Below, in pieces: positions 1 through 10,026 of a DNA stretch of 64,000 nt. The stretch covers positions 1,600,001-1,664,000 of the forward strand of contig OZ255721.1 in NCBI GenBank assembly GCA_965277285.1, given 5' to 3'. The position numbers and the translations under genes were made by a program. Every line of letters starts with the position of its first letter. Position 1 is the first letter of the stretch. Origin of the DNA: Abditibacteriaceae bacterium (lineage in GTDB: Bacteria; Armatimonadota; Abditibacteriia; Abditibacteriales; Abditibacteriaceae). The notes under the pieces were generated by a model that saw only the letters and a list, made by a program, of their open reading frames with translations, was not told where the DNA came from and made no database searches.

Positions 1-542
1 AGGTAGGGAACGCGCGACGAGTGGAGCAAGGCGCTGGTCGCCGTTTGTCCATCGTTGGGGCTGGCCGGAGTTTGGTAATCGGCTGGCAACATCATCAAAA
101 CTGAGTTGAAGCCGCCGTTGCCGTCCGGCTCCTTGCCCGTAGCTTGGGGATCGGGAACCCATGTCGAGCCATCCAACACAAACTTGTACTGATATTTTCC
201 GTAATCCAAAGGCAAACTCAAGCGCCACGTTTTTCCGTCGGCATCCGCTTTCATCGGGTTGGCGCTCGTGTTCCAATTGTTGAAACTTCCCGCCACGGCA
301 ACCGACTTCAACGGCTTATCGGACACAAAAACAAAGGTGTGTTGCCCGGCAACGTCCGGCTTCGACGCCACTTGCGCAGAACTTTGCACACGCACCATTT
401 GCACTTGCGGAGAAGCAGGCGCCGTCGCCAACGTTTCTTGAGTCGCTGGAGTACAGGAAAGCGGCACCAGACACAACGAGACCAAACCAAAAGGCAGAAC
501 AACCTTCCGGGCGATTAGGTAATTTGAGGCTTTAATTCTCAT
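1..542 (-). CDS. Partial (runs off window) exported lipoprotein-like protein with CBM48/AMPK-type glycogen-binding domain, probably the N-terminus of an alpha-amylase-family enzyme
   Basis: Manual translation from ATG at 542: MRIKASNYLIARKVVLPFGLVSLCLVPLSC...VAVAGSFNNW...GKYQYKFVLDGSTWVPDP...DGNGGFNSVL. Not in the ORF track because there is no stop in the window. Confidence 0.75.
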   Translation of the reverse strand, partial: MRIKASNYLIARKVVLPFGLVSLCLVPLSCTPATQETLATAPASPQVQMVRVQSSAQVASKPDVAGQHTFVFVSDKPLKSVAVAGSFNNWNTSANPMKADADGKTWRLSLPLDYGKYQYKFVLDGSTWVPDPQATGKEPDGNGGFNSVLMMLPADYQTPASPNDGQTATSALLHSSRVPY

Positions 543-732
543 TCTTGATCCTTTAAATAACGTCTCATTTTCTTACTCTCCGTTGTCAACCAAGCGCATT
601 CGAGTACTCGATAACGCGCCTGCGATAGCGGAATAGCGCCGCGAAGATCGATCCTCGCGGCGCTATTCTGCTGCAGGCTATGAGGCGTCACCAAGCATCC
701 GCCGTCATAGAAAAAGCAACCAATGCAACGCT

Positions 733-1551
733 TTACTGGTATTTGGCTTCCACTTCTTGCATGCTGGCCAACTGTCCGGGTGAAACCTGGTCGCAGTTGA
801 TGCCCTGCGTGTAAGCGTCCAGCCCGGGAGCGGGGGAGCCAGAGCTGCTGCCTCCGGTGGAGCAATTGGTACCAGTATTATCGAACATGGTGCCCCACAT
901 ATTGATCGGTGAAGCAGTGGCCGTGGGGCGCATTGACTTGACGTGGCCATCAACAAACAAGCAGTTCATGGTGCCCAGATGTCCGGCGAATATACTGTCA
1001 CGCGCGCCATGGCTGGTCGGAGCGAGCCAGTCGGCGTACATGACTTCCCACGGGTAAGAGGACTCGGCAATCATGATTTTTTGCGAGGGCGCTTGAATGA
1101 ATGCCATTGCGGTACCAACGGTCTGACCGCTGGGAGCCGCCCAACCTGGAACCATAATGCGTGCATTGGCCGCGTAAGAGTCCGCGATGGCAGGATAACC
1201 ATTGCTGGCTGGAAAAGAAATGTTGGAGCTGGCCGGATTGGAGGGGCAAGACCAAACCTGTCCGCTCTTGAGATAGGGCTGAATCGACTGTTTGTACATC
1301 TTGTTGTTTCCGCTATCATAATCGCACGGATACTTTTCATCGTATTCTTGCGCATATTGCGTCAACGCGATACCGATCTGTTTCATGTTGCTGGAGCAAC
1401 TGGCACGACGGGCACTTTCGCGCGCTTTGGCGAAAGCGGGGAATAAAATCGCGGCTAAAATCGCAATAATAGCGATCACCACGAGAAGTTCGATCAGCGT
1501 AAAGCCTTTTTTGGCGGAACGCAACGGCGGGTTCGACAATGTCTTGAACAT
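733..1551 (-). CDS. Prepilin-type N-terminal cleavage / DUF1559 / H-X9-DG domain protein (pseudopilin-like)
   Basis: [25 protein letters not shown] cleavage motif, [15 protein letters not shown]-terminal [15 protein letters not shown]. Confidence 0.92.
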   Translation of the reverse strand: MFKTLSNPPLRSAKKGFTLIELLVVIAIIAILAAILFPAFAKARESARRASCSSNMKQIGIALTQYAQEYDEKYPCDYDSGNNKMYKQSIQPYLKSGQVWSCPSNPASSNISFPASNGYPAIADSYAANARIMVPGWAAPSGQTVGTAMAFIQAPSQKIMIAESSYPWEVMYADWLAPTSHGARDSIFAGHLGTMNCLFVDGHVKSMRPTATASPINMWGTMFDNTGTNCSTGGSSSGSPAPGLDAYTQGINCDQVSPGQLASMQEVEAKYQ

Positions 1552-1640
1552 ACGACTATCTCCTTAAATCGAAACATTTTGAGCGCAGACGAAAGCTTTC
1601 TGCGCGAGCAAGAAAAGCAAGACTTTCGCTAAATACTCGA

Positions 1641-2669
1641 TCATCGAGTACTCGATAGGTTCGCAGGGCGCACCGAATGACGCGGCATCAACTGCACGGG
1701 TGTCACTTTGCAGCAAGTGGTGGCTTCACCTCCATTTTTCAATTCGATCCAGGCGTCCATCGCCAAACGCCCGATTTCTCTGAACGAGTGATCTACGCTG
1801 GTCAGGCCGCGCGCCACTGCTTCAGGCCGATTATCCACGCCGATAATTGACAAATCTTGTGGCACGCTCAAGCCCTGCGCTTCCATTTCGTCCCACAACT
1901 CCAGCGCCAGCGTGTCGTTGAAGCAAATCACGGCGGAAACTCCCAGGCGGCTCACGGACGCTATCGCCTGCAGGTTACGGACGTAATTTTCTTCAGCGCC
2001 CTGCACCACCCATTCGTCGCGCACTTCGAGATTCTGCTGACTCATCACCAATTTCCACGCATGGAGGCGTTGTTTCGCGTCAAAATTGTTCGGCGGCCCC
2101 GACAAATAAGCGATGCGCCGATGTCCGTTTTGCACCACATGTTCAACCGCCTGCCGCATAACTTCGTCGTTGTCCACATCAACCCAGGCCACGCCTTCGG
2201 GCGTATCGCGGCGATAACACACGACAGTCGGGACTTTGTACTGCGACACAATATCGAAAGCGCGCGTCCACTGACCCACCGCGCTGATGAAGATAAAACC
2301 GTCGCTGCGGCGATCCAGATAACGCAACTTTTCACGCCTCAGGTTTTGCTCACGGTCGTTGCGCACCATCGTCAACACATCGTAGCCATGATGCCGCGCG
2401 CCCTCCACTATTCCCTCGTAGGTGAACAAATCCAAGTCGAAATGCGTGACATCACGATACTCGGGCACCAACGTCACAATGTGTGTCTCAATGTGCCGGT
2501 TCTGCGCCGATGGCGGATTGACTGGCAAGTAATTGAGGCTGCGCGCCGCTTCGAGTACTCGATCTCGCGTTTGGGCAGACGCACGGTTTTCCACACCGCG
2601 CAACACGTTGGACACCGTCACTTTGGAAACTCCAGCCTGTTCCGCAATCCGACCAAGAGTCGATCTCAT
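1641..2669 (-). CDS. LacI-family transcriptional regulator
   Basis: N-terminal HTH TLGRIAEQAGVSKVTVSNVL; sugar-binding domain with ICFNDTLA and VPQDLSIIGVDN. Confidence 0.93.
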   Translation of the reverse strand: MRSTLGRIAEQAGVSKVTVSNVLRGVENRASAQTRDRVLEAARSLNYLPVNPPSAQNRHIETHIVTLVPEYRDVTHFDLDLFTYEGIVEGARHHGYDVLTMVRNDREQNLRREKLRYLDRRSDGFIFISAVGQWTRAFDIVSQYKVPTVVCYRRDTPEGVAWVDVDNDEVMRQAVEHVVQNGHRRIAYLSGPPNNFDAKQRLHAWKLVMSQQNLEVRDEWVVQGAEENYVRNLQAIASVSRLGVSAVICFNDTLALELWDEMEAQGLSVPQDLSIIGVDNRPEAVARGLTSVDHSFREIGRLAMDAWIELKNGGEATTCCKVTPVQLMPRHSVRPANLSSTR

Positions 2670-2721
2670 AACAATCCCTCAACTGTCCTTCGCGCCTGAT
2701 CTCACCACTAATACGAATATT

Positions 2722-2736
2722 AGTTAACTGTTAACT
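2722..2736. promoter_or_regulatory. Candidate LacI-type operator AGTTAACTGTTAACT
   Basis: 15-bp palindrome about 55 bp upstream of the lacI start; a related GTTTACTGTAAAT lies at 7230-7242. Confidence 0.45.
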
Positions 2737-3071
2737 TGGTTGTATATTTATTATACCCAGCCCATCGAAATCTCAAACATTTTCAGGGAATTATTTTGTC
2801 GAAGTTGTTTAAGCGAAAGAAATCGTTGGTGCATTTCTCTTCATCGAAAACCAAACCGGAAATCTACCAGTTGCTGACAGATAACTGCACCTTCTTTTCG
2901 CATCAAAGGTGTAATTACCAATCCGAAATTCCGGTAACACTTTCAAGCGCTGCAAAAATGTGTTTGGTCTTGACAGCATTCGGTAGTTGAATGCTGCCAA
3001 GACGCATTACCGGGCGCTTTTGCAAACCCTGTTCTTTGTCAAGACTCGTGTGAGCTACGCAGTACGTTGGA

Positions 3072-4670
3072 TTATTCCGGCGTAGCTTCGATGGCGAGCC
3101 AGACGCGACCGTCGCGCGCTGGCAATTGTCCGCCCACGATGCGCCCGTTTTCCACCTGCGACATTTCGCCGCTCCACACATCGCGCAAAAGCGTGCCATT
3201 CGCCAGATGTTCTCCGGCTGTCAGATTGACGGGAATTGCTGTGTCGCCCACGTTGAGCGCCACGACCATCGTTTCGTTGGGCAAGTGACGCCGAAACGCA
3301 TAAACCGAACCTTCGGCGTGCAACGTCGTGAAGTCGCCGCGCCGCAGTGCCAGATGCGCCTTGCGCAAAGCGATGCAGCGTTTGAAGTAGGCGAGGATAT
3401 CATGGTTCCAGGTCGCTTCATCCCACACGAAAGCGCGGCGCGTGTCGGGATCGGTCTTGTCGTCCCACGCGAAAGTTTGCGGCGTTGCGGAATCGGCCAT
3501 ATCTTCGCGCGTGTAAACGTTGCGCGTATCGGGATCGACGTAGGTGAAGTACCGCGAGCGCTCGGCGACGGGAACCGCCATGCCAAAGCCAACTTCGTCG
3601 CCATAATAGATTGATGGCGCGCCCGGGTAAGTCATTTGAAACAGTACGGCCAGGCGCAACGCCGATTCGTCGCCTTTAGCTAAAGATAAAAATCGCGGCA
3701 TATCGTGCGAATCCAGCAGATTCAACTGCACGGCGTTGATTTGCGGATCGTAAAGTCCCAGCAGATCGTTGATGCTGCGCGCGAAACTGGACGCGTCGTG
3801 CTTAAAGAAAGGGTTCGGGCCAAGTTGCGAGATGATGGACGTATCCAGGTCGCGGATGAAGAAGCCCAGACAGTTCGTCGTGAAGAGATAGTTCATCACG
3901 GCGTCGAACTGATCGCCCTGCAGCCAACGGCTGGCGTCATTCCAGATTTCGCCCACAATATAGGCTTCGGGATTGGCGGCACGGACGCGTCGCCGAAATT
4001 CCTGCCAGAAACTGTCATCGTCGATCTCGCTGGGCACATCGAGCCGCCAGCCATCGATGCCGAAGTCGATCCAGTGACGCGCTACATCCCAGATAAATTC
4101 GCGCACCGCGAGCGTATTTGTGTTGAATTGAGGCAGCCCCGGAAAACCGACCCAACCTTCATATTGATGACCGCCTTCATAAGCGCGCATGGGAAAACCA
4201 TGAACGATGAACCAGTCGATGTAGGGCGAAGCCGCGCCGTTTTCGAGAATGTGGTTGAACTGAAAAAAGCCGCGACTGGCATGATTGAACACGCCATCCA
4301 GCACGACACGGATGCCACGCGCATGCGCTTCATCGATCAAGGTGCGCAAAGCCGCATTGCCGCCACAAATGGGATCGACGTTGTAGTAGTCGTAAGTGTG
4401 ATAGCGATGGTTGGCGGTCGATTGGAAAACTGGCGTGAAATAAACCGCCGTGACACCCAAATTTTGAAGGTAATCCAGGTGCTCCGTGACGCCAACCAAA
4501 TCGCCGCCCTGAAAGCCGTATATAGAAGGCGGTCCGCCCCAGGGTTCCAGATGATTGGGTTTGGACACCCGCGACGAGATGGCAAAGCGGTCGGGAAAAA
4601 TCTGGTAGAAAATCGCGTCCTTCACCCATTCCGGTGTTTCAATCTGTGTTGTATTCGTACTATCGGTCAT
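3072..4670 (-). CDS. GH13 alpha-amylase family (neopullulanase/cyclomaltodextrinase-like)
   Basis: PEWVKDAIFYQIFPDRF, GGDLVGV, VLDGVFNH, DGWRLDV, IVGEIW, LLDSHD, IYYGDEVG motifs. Confidence 0.93.
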   Translation of the reverse strand: MTDSTNTTQIETPEWVKDAIFYQIFPDRFAISSRVSKPNHLEPWGGPPSIYGFQGGDLVGVTEHLDYLQNLGVTAVYFTPVFQSTANHRYHTYDYYNVDPICGGNAALRTLIDEAHARGIRVVLDGVFNHASRGFFQFNHILENGAASPYIDWFIVHGFPMRAYEGGHQYEGWVGFPGLPQFNTNTLAVREFIWDVARHWIDFGIDGWRLDVPSEIDDDSFWQEFRRRVRAANPEAYIVGEIWNDASRWLQGDQFDAVMNYLFTTNCLGFFIRDLDTSIISQLGPNPFFKHDASSFARSINDLLGLYDPQINAVQLNLLDSHDMPRFLSLAKGDESALRLAVLFQMTYPGAPSIYYGDEVGFGMAVPVAERSRYFTYVDPDTRNVYTREDMADSATPQTFAWDDKTDPDTRRAFVWDEATWNHDILAYFKRCIALRKAHLALRRGDFTTLHAEGSVYAFRRHLPNETMVVALNVGDTAIPVNLTAGEHLANGTLLRDVWSGEMSQVENGRIVGGQLPARDGRVWLAIEATPE

Positions 4671-4838
4671 CGTTGTTGTCTTCTCCTTGCGTGTTTTACG
4701 TATTGCGCATTTTGCGTGCTGTCGTGGCGTAATCGAGTACTCGATTACGCGGGTTTGGCCTTGTAAGAATCAGTTTGCAAATTGGTTCAGAGCGTGGGTA
4801 GAGAAAATATGCGAAACGCCCGCGAAAGCGGCATCTGC

Positions 4839-5010
4839 TCATTCTGAGAAGGTGCATAGAAAGTGAGCAAAACTCCCTCAAAGTAGTAGTTTGTCATTCT
4901 GAGCGCAGCGAAGAATCTAACCTGAAGCCAGATTCTTCGCTGCGCTCAAAATGACAAACTACTACTTTCAACGGCACATTTTACAATTCCTATACACCAT
5001 CTCAGAATGA
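4839..5010. mobile_element. MITE-like element: 24-bp terminal inverted repeats enclosing a long REP-like hairpin (family A)
   Basis: tcattctgagaaggtgcatagaaa (4839-4862) matches the reverse complement of 4987-5010 with 3 mismatches. Inner hairpin 4880-4968: aaagtagtagtttgtcattctgagcgcagcgaagaatct...agattcttcgctgcgctcaaaatgacaaactactacttt. Confidence 0.65.
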
Positions 5011-5060
5011 CAAACTCTTACTTTCTTCGCGTTTTGCTCACTTTTTCTACAACCTCTCAG
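5011..5060. repeat. 50-bp dispersed repeat (probable MITE end), second copy at 8227-8276
   Basis: caaactcttactttcttcgcgttttgctcactttttctacaacctctcag vs caaactcttattctcttcgcgttttgctcactttgtttataacctctcag. Confidence 0.75.
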
Positions 5061-5071
5061 TGTTCTACTCG

Positions 5072-6736
5072 CTATTCACTGCGAGGTTTTGCATCGAGAG
5101 GTGCGCGGTCATACAAAAGGGTGAGATGTGCGAGGCGCTTGGCCACTTCGGGCGTGAGTTGGCCGGGCAATAAGCGCCAGCCCCAGTTGCCGCCGGCCTG
5201 ACCCGGCAGATTCATGCGCGCCTCGCTGCCCAGGCCCAGCCCATCTTGCATCGGAATAATCGCGGTTTCAGCGACCGACATAAAGGCCACGCGAATCAAG
5301 TCCCAGGCAACGTCGTGGCAAGGAATATCGAGATACTGTCGGACATCGGAGCGAACGCGCTCGCTCACTGTGTTCCACCATCCGAGAACCGTGTCGTTAT
5401 CGTGCGTGCCTGTATATACAACGCGGTCGTGGTGATGGTTGTGCGGCAAATGGGCAAAGGTCGTGTCTGCGCTCATCTGCGCCTCGGCAGACACATTGGC
5501 ATTGTCATCCCAGGCCATTTGGAGCACACACATTCCCGGAAATCCCGATTCCTCGCGCAACGTGTCCACTTCGGGAGTAATTACTCCCAAGTCTTCGGCG
5601 ATAATCGGCAGGTGCCCCAGACTGGCACGAATCGCCTCGAAGAATGGCAGACCTGGCCCTTGAACCCAGTGACCTTTGACAGCGGTTTCTTCTTCTGCGG
5701 GAACCGCCCAATAAGCGGCGAAACCGCGAAAATGATCCAGTCGAACGCGGTCGACCAAAGTCAAAGTCATACGGAAACGCGCGATCCACCAATCGTAGCC
5801 ACGTTCCGCCAAAACATCCCAACGATAAAGCGGATTGCCCCAGCGTTGTCCCGTCGCGCTAAAATAATCCGGCGGTACGCCAGCGACTTCGGTCGGATTG
5901 CCGTCTTCGTTCAGATAGAACAGTTCAGGGTTTGCCCATACATCAACGCTGTCATGGGCGACAAAAATCGGAATATCGCCGATGATTTGAATGTCGCGCT
6001 CATTGGCGTAAGCCTTCAATTCCAGCCATTGGCTGAAGAAAAGCCATTGCATAAACTGCTGAAACCGAATTCGGTCGGCCAAGCGCGTGCGCCATTGCGC
6101 GACAGCATCCGGCTCGTGGCGTGCGATAGAACGCTCCCACTGGCTCCATGGCGCGCCGTCGTGCGCTTCTTTGATCGCTGTAAAAAGGGCGTAATCATCC
6201 AGCCAGAACGCTTGCGCGGCATGAAACGACGTGAAAGCCTGGCGTTGCTCCGGGCGACCATTTTCCGAAAAGTTGGCATAAGCCATCTGCAACACTTTCG
6301 TCTTCCATTCGATAAGTGGCCCGTAATCAACGATCTCGGCAGGAAAATCGGGCGCCTTGTCGAGTGTGGCCTGCGCTAACATTCCTTCGCTGACCAGTCG
6401 TTGCAAGGAAACCAGCAACGGGTTTCCGGCCAAGGCAGAAAGGCATTGATAAGGCGAGTCGCCATAACTGGTCGGTCCCAGCGGCATGATTTGCCAGCAA
6501 TGTTGTTTCGCTGCGGCCAGCCAATCGACAAAACGGTAAGCTTCTTCGCCCAAATCACCAATGCCGCCAGCGCTCGGCAACGACGTGGGATGCAGCAGAA
6601 TGCCGCTCGTCCGATGATGACGCGGCGGATCAATTGGCGAAAAATTTCGTTCGGTCGCCTTCTCCAACAGTCCGTCTTTTCCGCTTCGCACGCCGTCGTT
6701 CGGCGAAGCGGCGGTTGGTTCTTCGTTGCGTTCCAT
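5072..6736 (-). CDS. malQ: 4-alpha-glucanotransferase (amylomaltase, GH77)
   Basis: SGILLHPTSLP, WQIMPLGPT, GDIPIFV, AGVPPDYFSATGQRWGNPLY, RLDHFRGF, IAEDLG, YTGTHDNDT, RMNLPG motifs. Confidence 0.96.
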   Translation of the reverse strand: MERNEEPTAASPNDGVRSGKDGLLEKATERNFSPIDPPRHHRTSGILLHPTSLPSAGGIGDLGEEAYRFVDWLAAAKQHCWQIMPLGPTSYGDSPYQCLSALAGNPLLVSLQRLVSEGMLAQATLDKAPDFPAEIVDYGPLIEWKTKVLQMAYANFSENGRPEQRQAFTSFHAAQAFWLDDYALFTAIKEAHDGAPWSQWERSIARHEPDAVAQWRTRLADRIRFQQFMQWLFFSQWLELKAYANERDIQIIGDIPIFVAHDSVDVWANPELFYLNEDGNPTEVAGVPPDYFSATGQRWGNPLYRWDVLAERGYDWWIARFRMTLTLVDRVRLDHFRGFAAYWAVPAEEETAVKGHWVQGPGLPFFEAIRASLGHLPIIAEDLGVITPEVDTLREESGFPGMCVLQMAWDDNANVSAEAQMSADTTFAHLPHNHHHDRVVYTGTHDNDTVLGWWNTVSERVRSDVRQYLDIPCHDVAWDLIRVAFMSVAETAIIPMQDGLGLGSEARMNLPGQAGGNWGWRLLPGQLTPEVAKRLAHLTLLYDRAPLDAKPRSE

Positions 6737-7265
6737 GTCGTTTTACACCTCGCGGAAATTGAGAAAATGTGTGATTAACAAACGCACGGCTCGAGAGACA
6801 AGCCGCGTTTGCACTATGAGTATTTGCACTATCGAGTACTCGAATCGCGGTTTAGATCGGCGGTTGTCAGGTCATTCCCACCCTCGGCAACATCGCTTTC
6901 ATCGTGCGGTTTTGCAGCCACTCGCTCCATCGCCAGGTTCGCGTGGAACATATTGAGTTGCGCGAAACTTCGATCCTTGGACTCAAATCATTATAACATC
7001 GAGATTTGAACTTCCAATCAGGTCCAAGAATCGTTCATCGACTTTGCGAACCGGCTGCTATCAGCGTTGCGCACCGAGAAGGAAATCAAGTACTGGATTC
7101 GTCACGCCGCGCCCAATTCAACAACGAAAAGTCGCTTTGCAGAGCAGAATCTGTCCTTAATTTCAATTTAATCATGTGAAGAATTGCAAATGATGGTTCA
7201 AGATGTCAGAAAACGGGTATATACATTATGTTTACTGTAAATAATGTCATTCCAAGGAGACAGAA

Positions 7266-8051
7266 ATGTCGAATATTCAAAGCACATCCACCAAGATGCG
7301 CAAGGGTTTCACCCTGATCGAATTGTTGGTTGTCATCGCTATCATTGCGATTTTAGCCGCGATTTTGTTCCCCGCTTTCGCCAAAGCGCGCGAAAGTGCC
7401 CGCCGTGCGAGTTGCTCCAGCAACATGAAACAAATCGGTCTCGGCCTGCTGCAGTATGCACAGGAATACGATGAAAAGATGGTGTCGGCACAAGCCGGTG
7501 CGCCGAATTACGAGTATTGGCAGTATCTCGTTCAGCCTTACCTCAAGAGCAAAGACCTTTTCAGATGTCCCTCCAACACAAACAGTTCGACAGCTTACAA
7601 CAAGACTGCTTCTGACATCTCCAACGACTACGCGGGTAACCTCGGGTTTTATGGAGATCCTACAGTGGCCTCAACAGCCACAACAGCGCAACAAGCGCAA
7701 CAAGTGATGTCAAGAGGAGGACAAAGTTTAGCCACATTTGTAGCACCATCGACAACGATCATGGTTATCGAGTATGCTGCAGGCAACGATCAATCAGGGC
7801 TAATGCAAATCGCATTGCCAGCTGGTACCAGCGAATCAGGTGACAAACTTTTTGCGGGTCACCTATCCACATCGAACTACTTGTTTGGTGATGGTCACGT
7901 CAAGTCGCTCAGACCATTTGCAACTGTCGATCCCACAGCTGGTGGTTCGGCAGCCGTCAATATGTGGACGATTGACAATTCGGTTTACAATACCACTGAC
8001 GCAGCGACTGTCAAGACCAACCTTCAGATTGCTACAGACAAATACAAGTAA
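7266..8051 (+). CDS. Prepilin-type N-terminal cleavage / DUF1559 / H-X9-DG domain protein (paralog of 733-1551)
   Basis: [65 protein letters not shown] aaggag upstream. Confidence 0.92.
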   Translation: MSNIQSTSTKMRKGFTLIELLVVIAIIAILAAILFPAFAKARESARRASCSSNMKQIGLGLLQYAQEYDEKMVSAQAGAPNYEYWQYLVQPYLKSKDLFRCPSNTNSSTAYNKTASDISNDYAGNLGFYGDPTVASTATTAQQAQQVMSRGGQSLATFVAPSTTIMVIEYAAGNDQSGLMQIALPAGTSESGDKLFAGHLSTSNYLFGDGHVKSLRPFATVDPTAGGSAAVNMWTIDNSVYNTTDAATVKTNLQIATDKYK

Positions 8052-8062
8052 ACTGGACGTTA

Positions 8063-8114
8063 CAAACAAAGACAGCGCGCTATCGAGTACTCGATGGCGC
8101 GCTGTCTTTGTTTG
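8063..8114. terminator. 52-bp near-perfect hairpin (terminator-like) centred on the 12-bp palindrome
   Basis: caaacaaagacagcgcgcta-TCGAGTACTCGA-tggcgcgctgtctttgtttg, 11 bp after the stop of 7266-8051. Confidence 0.7.
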
Positions 8115-8313
8115 ACCGCTTAAATCATGCGAATCGAAGTTATCGAGGTGCCAGACGAAAGCGGTTTCAACACCAACCGTTTCTGGCATTTCTCAAAATC
8201 AGATTGCAAAGTCCGTGATGCGTCTTCAAACTCTTATTCTCTTCGCGTTTTGCTCACTTTGTTTATAACCTCTCAGAGGCTGTAAACAAAGTCCTAAAAA
8301 CGCTTAAAACTGG

Positions 8314-8389
8314 CACTTTGTCGTTCTGAGTGAAACGAAGAATCTGGCTTAGGATTTAGATTCTTCGCTGCGCTCAGAGTGACAAAGTG
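8314..8389. repeat. REP-like hairpin family A (GTCATTCTGAGCGCAGCGAAGAATCT type); truncated third copy at 46407-46450
   Basis: cactttgtcgttctgagtgaaacgaagaatct...agattcttcgctgcgctcagagtgacaaagtg, homologous to 4891-4960. Confidence 0.8.
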
Positions 8390-8543
8390 ACAATTTCAGG
8401 CCGTTTCATGAACTCTACAAACTGATTCTAATCCCACACATCCGAATAATTGCTCTATCGAGTTAAAATTTCCATTCGCGGCAAGTCCGCTGACGAATCG
8501 AGTACTCGAATAGTGTTGCAGTTCAGACGAATTGGTGACGAAC

Positions 8544-8586
8544 AACAAAAGGGCGAACTGTTCATTAAACAGTTCGCCCTTTTGTT
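8544..8586 (-). terminator. Intrinsic terminator downstream of xylH; near-identical copy at 14711-14754
   Basis: aacaaaagggcgaactgtt-catt-aaacagttcgcccttttgtt stem with A/T tails. Confidence 0.75.
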
Positions 8587-8644
8587 TTGGCGCAAGGCAA
8601 AAGACATCTACGCCATCGAATGTCGTTTCCGACAAGTCTTTAAT

Positions 8645-9853
8645 TTACTTGCCCCGGCTCAGTTTGATGTCCATCAAAACCGCGAGGGCGAGCACCAAGC
8701 CGCGGGCGATGTATTTTTCTTCGGGCGCGACCGCCATCAGCGTCATGCCGTTGAGCAAACTGGCCATGATGAGCGAGCCAAACAAAACGCCGGAAACTGT
8801 GCCGCGCCCGCCTTTAAGACTGGCGCCGCCGATGACGCAAGCGGCAATCGCGTCGAGTTCGAGCAGTTCGCCGGTCGTCGTCGTAGAAGCGCCCGCATAA
8901 GCTGTCTGCATGAAGCCGCCCAGCGCCACGATCAAGCCCATGATGCCGAAAGCGCCGATCACAACTTTGTTGACTGGAATGCCCGAAACGTGAGCCGCTT
9001 CTTCGTTGCCGCCAATCGCATACAAATAGCGCCCGAAACGCGTGTGCTGTGACAAAACCCACACTGCAAAAGCCGTCACGCCCAAAATAATCGCCGATAA
9101 AGGAATTCCCTGATATTGATTGCAGACCAGCACGAAAAGCAAAATAATCTGTCCCTGAATCAACAAATGGGACAGCGCCAGATCAGTCGGTTCGACATTC
9201 AAGCCGAAACTCGCGCGACGCTGCCGTGAGCGCAGCGAACCTACAACCAGAGCGGCAAAAATCGCCGCGCCCAAAATCCAGCCTCCGATGGGCGGCAAAT
9301 ACCACGTCGTGAGCAGCGAATAAAGGTTGTCCGTGCCGCCAACCGTGACCGGAATTGTCGCGTTATGAATGACTTTCCAGTGCAGGCCCTTGAAAACCAT
9401 CATGCCCGCCAGCGTGATAATGAACGCAGGAATGCGCTGCGTGACAATCAAGGCGCCCATGCCCAACCACACTGCAACCGCGATGATGACAGCCACCGCC
9501 ATTGCTGCAGACGCCGACCAGCCATGCTCGAAAAGCAAGACCGCCGAAAGTCCACCGAAAAGCCCGACACCGCTGCCAATCGACAGGTCGATGTGTCCGG
9601 TCAGGATAATCAGCAGCATTCCCAGCGCCAGAATCGCCGTGATGGACAATTCGACCGTCAAGTTGGACAAGTTGCGCGCGCTGACGAACGTCGGCGACAT
9701 ATACCAGAAAAATCCCCAGATCAAGACCAGCGCGATGACCATCGAAGAATCGCGTAGTGAAGCCTGTGGCTGGCGCACATTCGGGGCGGTCGATTCGCCC
9801 GACGGCGCCGGTGTGATGATTCCTGCTTCAGGCGCTTCAATTGTTGTAGACAT
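8645..9853 (-). CDS. xylH: Monosaccharide (xylose-type) ABC transporter permease
   Basis: GHIDLSIGS, IPAFIITLAG, TRFGRYLYAIGGNEEAA, ELDAIAACVIGGASLKGG; operon with ATPase and binding protein. Confidence 0.85.
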   Translation of the reverse strand: MSTTIEAPEAGIITPAPSGESTAPNVRQPQASLRDSSMVIALVLIWGFFWYMSPTFVSARNLSNLTVELSITAILALGMLLIILTGHIDLSIGSGVGLFGGLSAVLLFEHGWSASAAMAVAVIIAVAVWLGMGALIVTQRIPAFIITLAGMMVFKGLHWKVIHNATIPVTVGGTDNLYSLLTTWYLPPIGGWILGAAIFAALVVGSLRSRQRRASFGLNVEPTDLALSHLLIQGQIILLFVLVCNQYQGIPLSAIILGVTAFAVWVLSQHTRFGRYLYAIGGNEEAAHVSGIPVNKVVIGAFGIMGLIVALGGFMQTAYAGASTTTTGELLELDAIAACVIGGASLKGGRGTVSGVLFGSLIMASLLNGMTLMAVAPEEKYIARGLVLALAVLMDIKLSRGK

Positions 9854-9921
9854 AGATGAAATTTCCTAATTCGAGTACTCGATTTTCTCTGGTGCAGTTC
9901 CTGATGTTCTTTGCACGAGAA

Positions 9922-9994
9922 CCAGAACCCTGAACGTGAGTGAGGGGCTTGTGCTTGCATTACGTTAGCCCCTCACTCACGTTCAGGGTTCTGG
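9922..9994. repeat. REP/REPIN-like hairpin family C (GAACCCNAAGCGTGAGCGAGGG type), copy 1
   Basis: ccagaaccctgaacgtgagtgaggggct...agcccctcactcacgttcagggttctgg perfect 28-bp arms; related copies at 11665-11731, 51987-52072, 63211-63289. Confidence 0.85.
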
Positions 9995-10026
9995 ATTGAA
10001 GCGTCTGTTCTACTTTCCACTCACCC

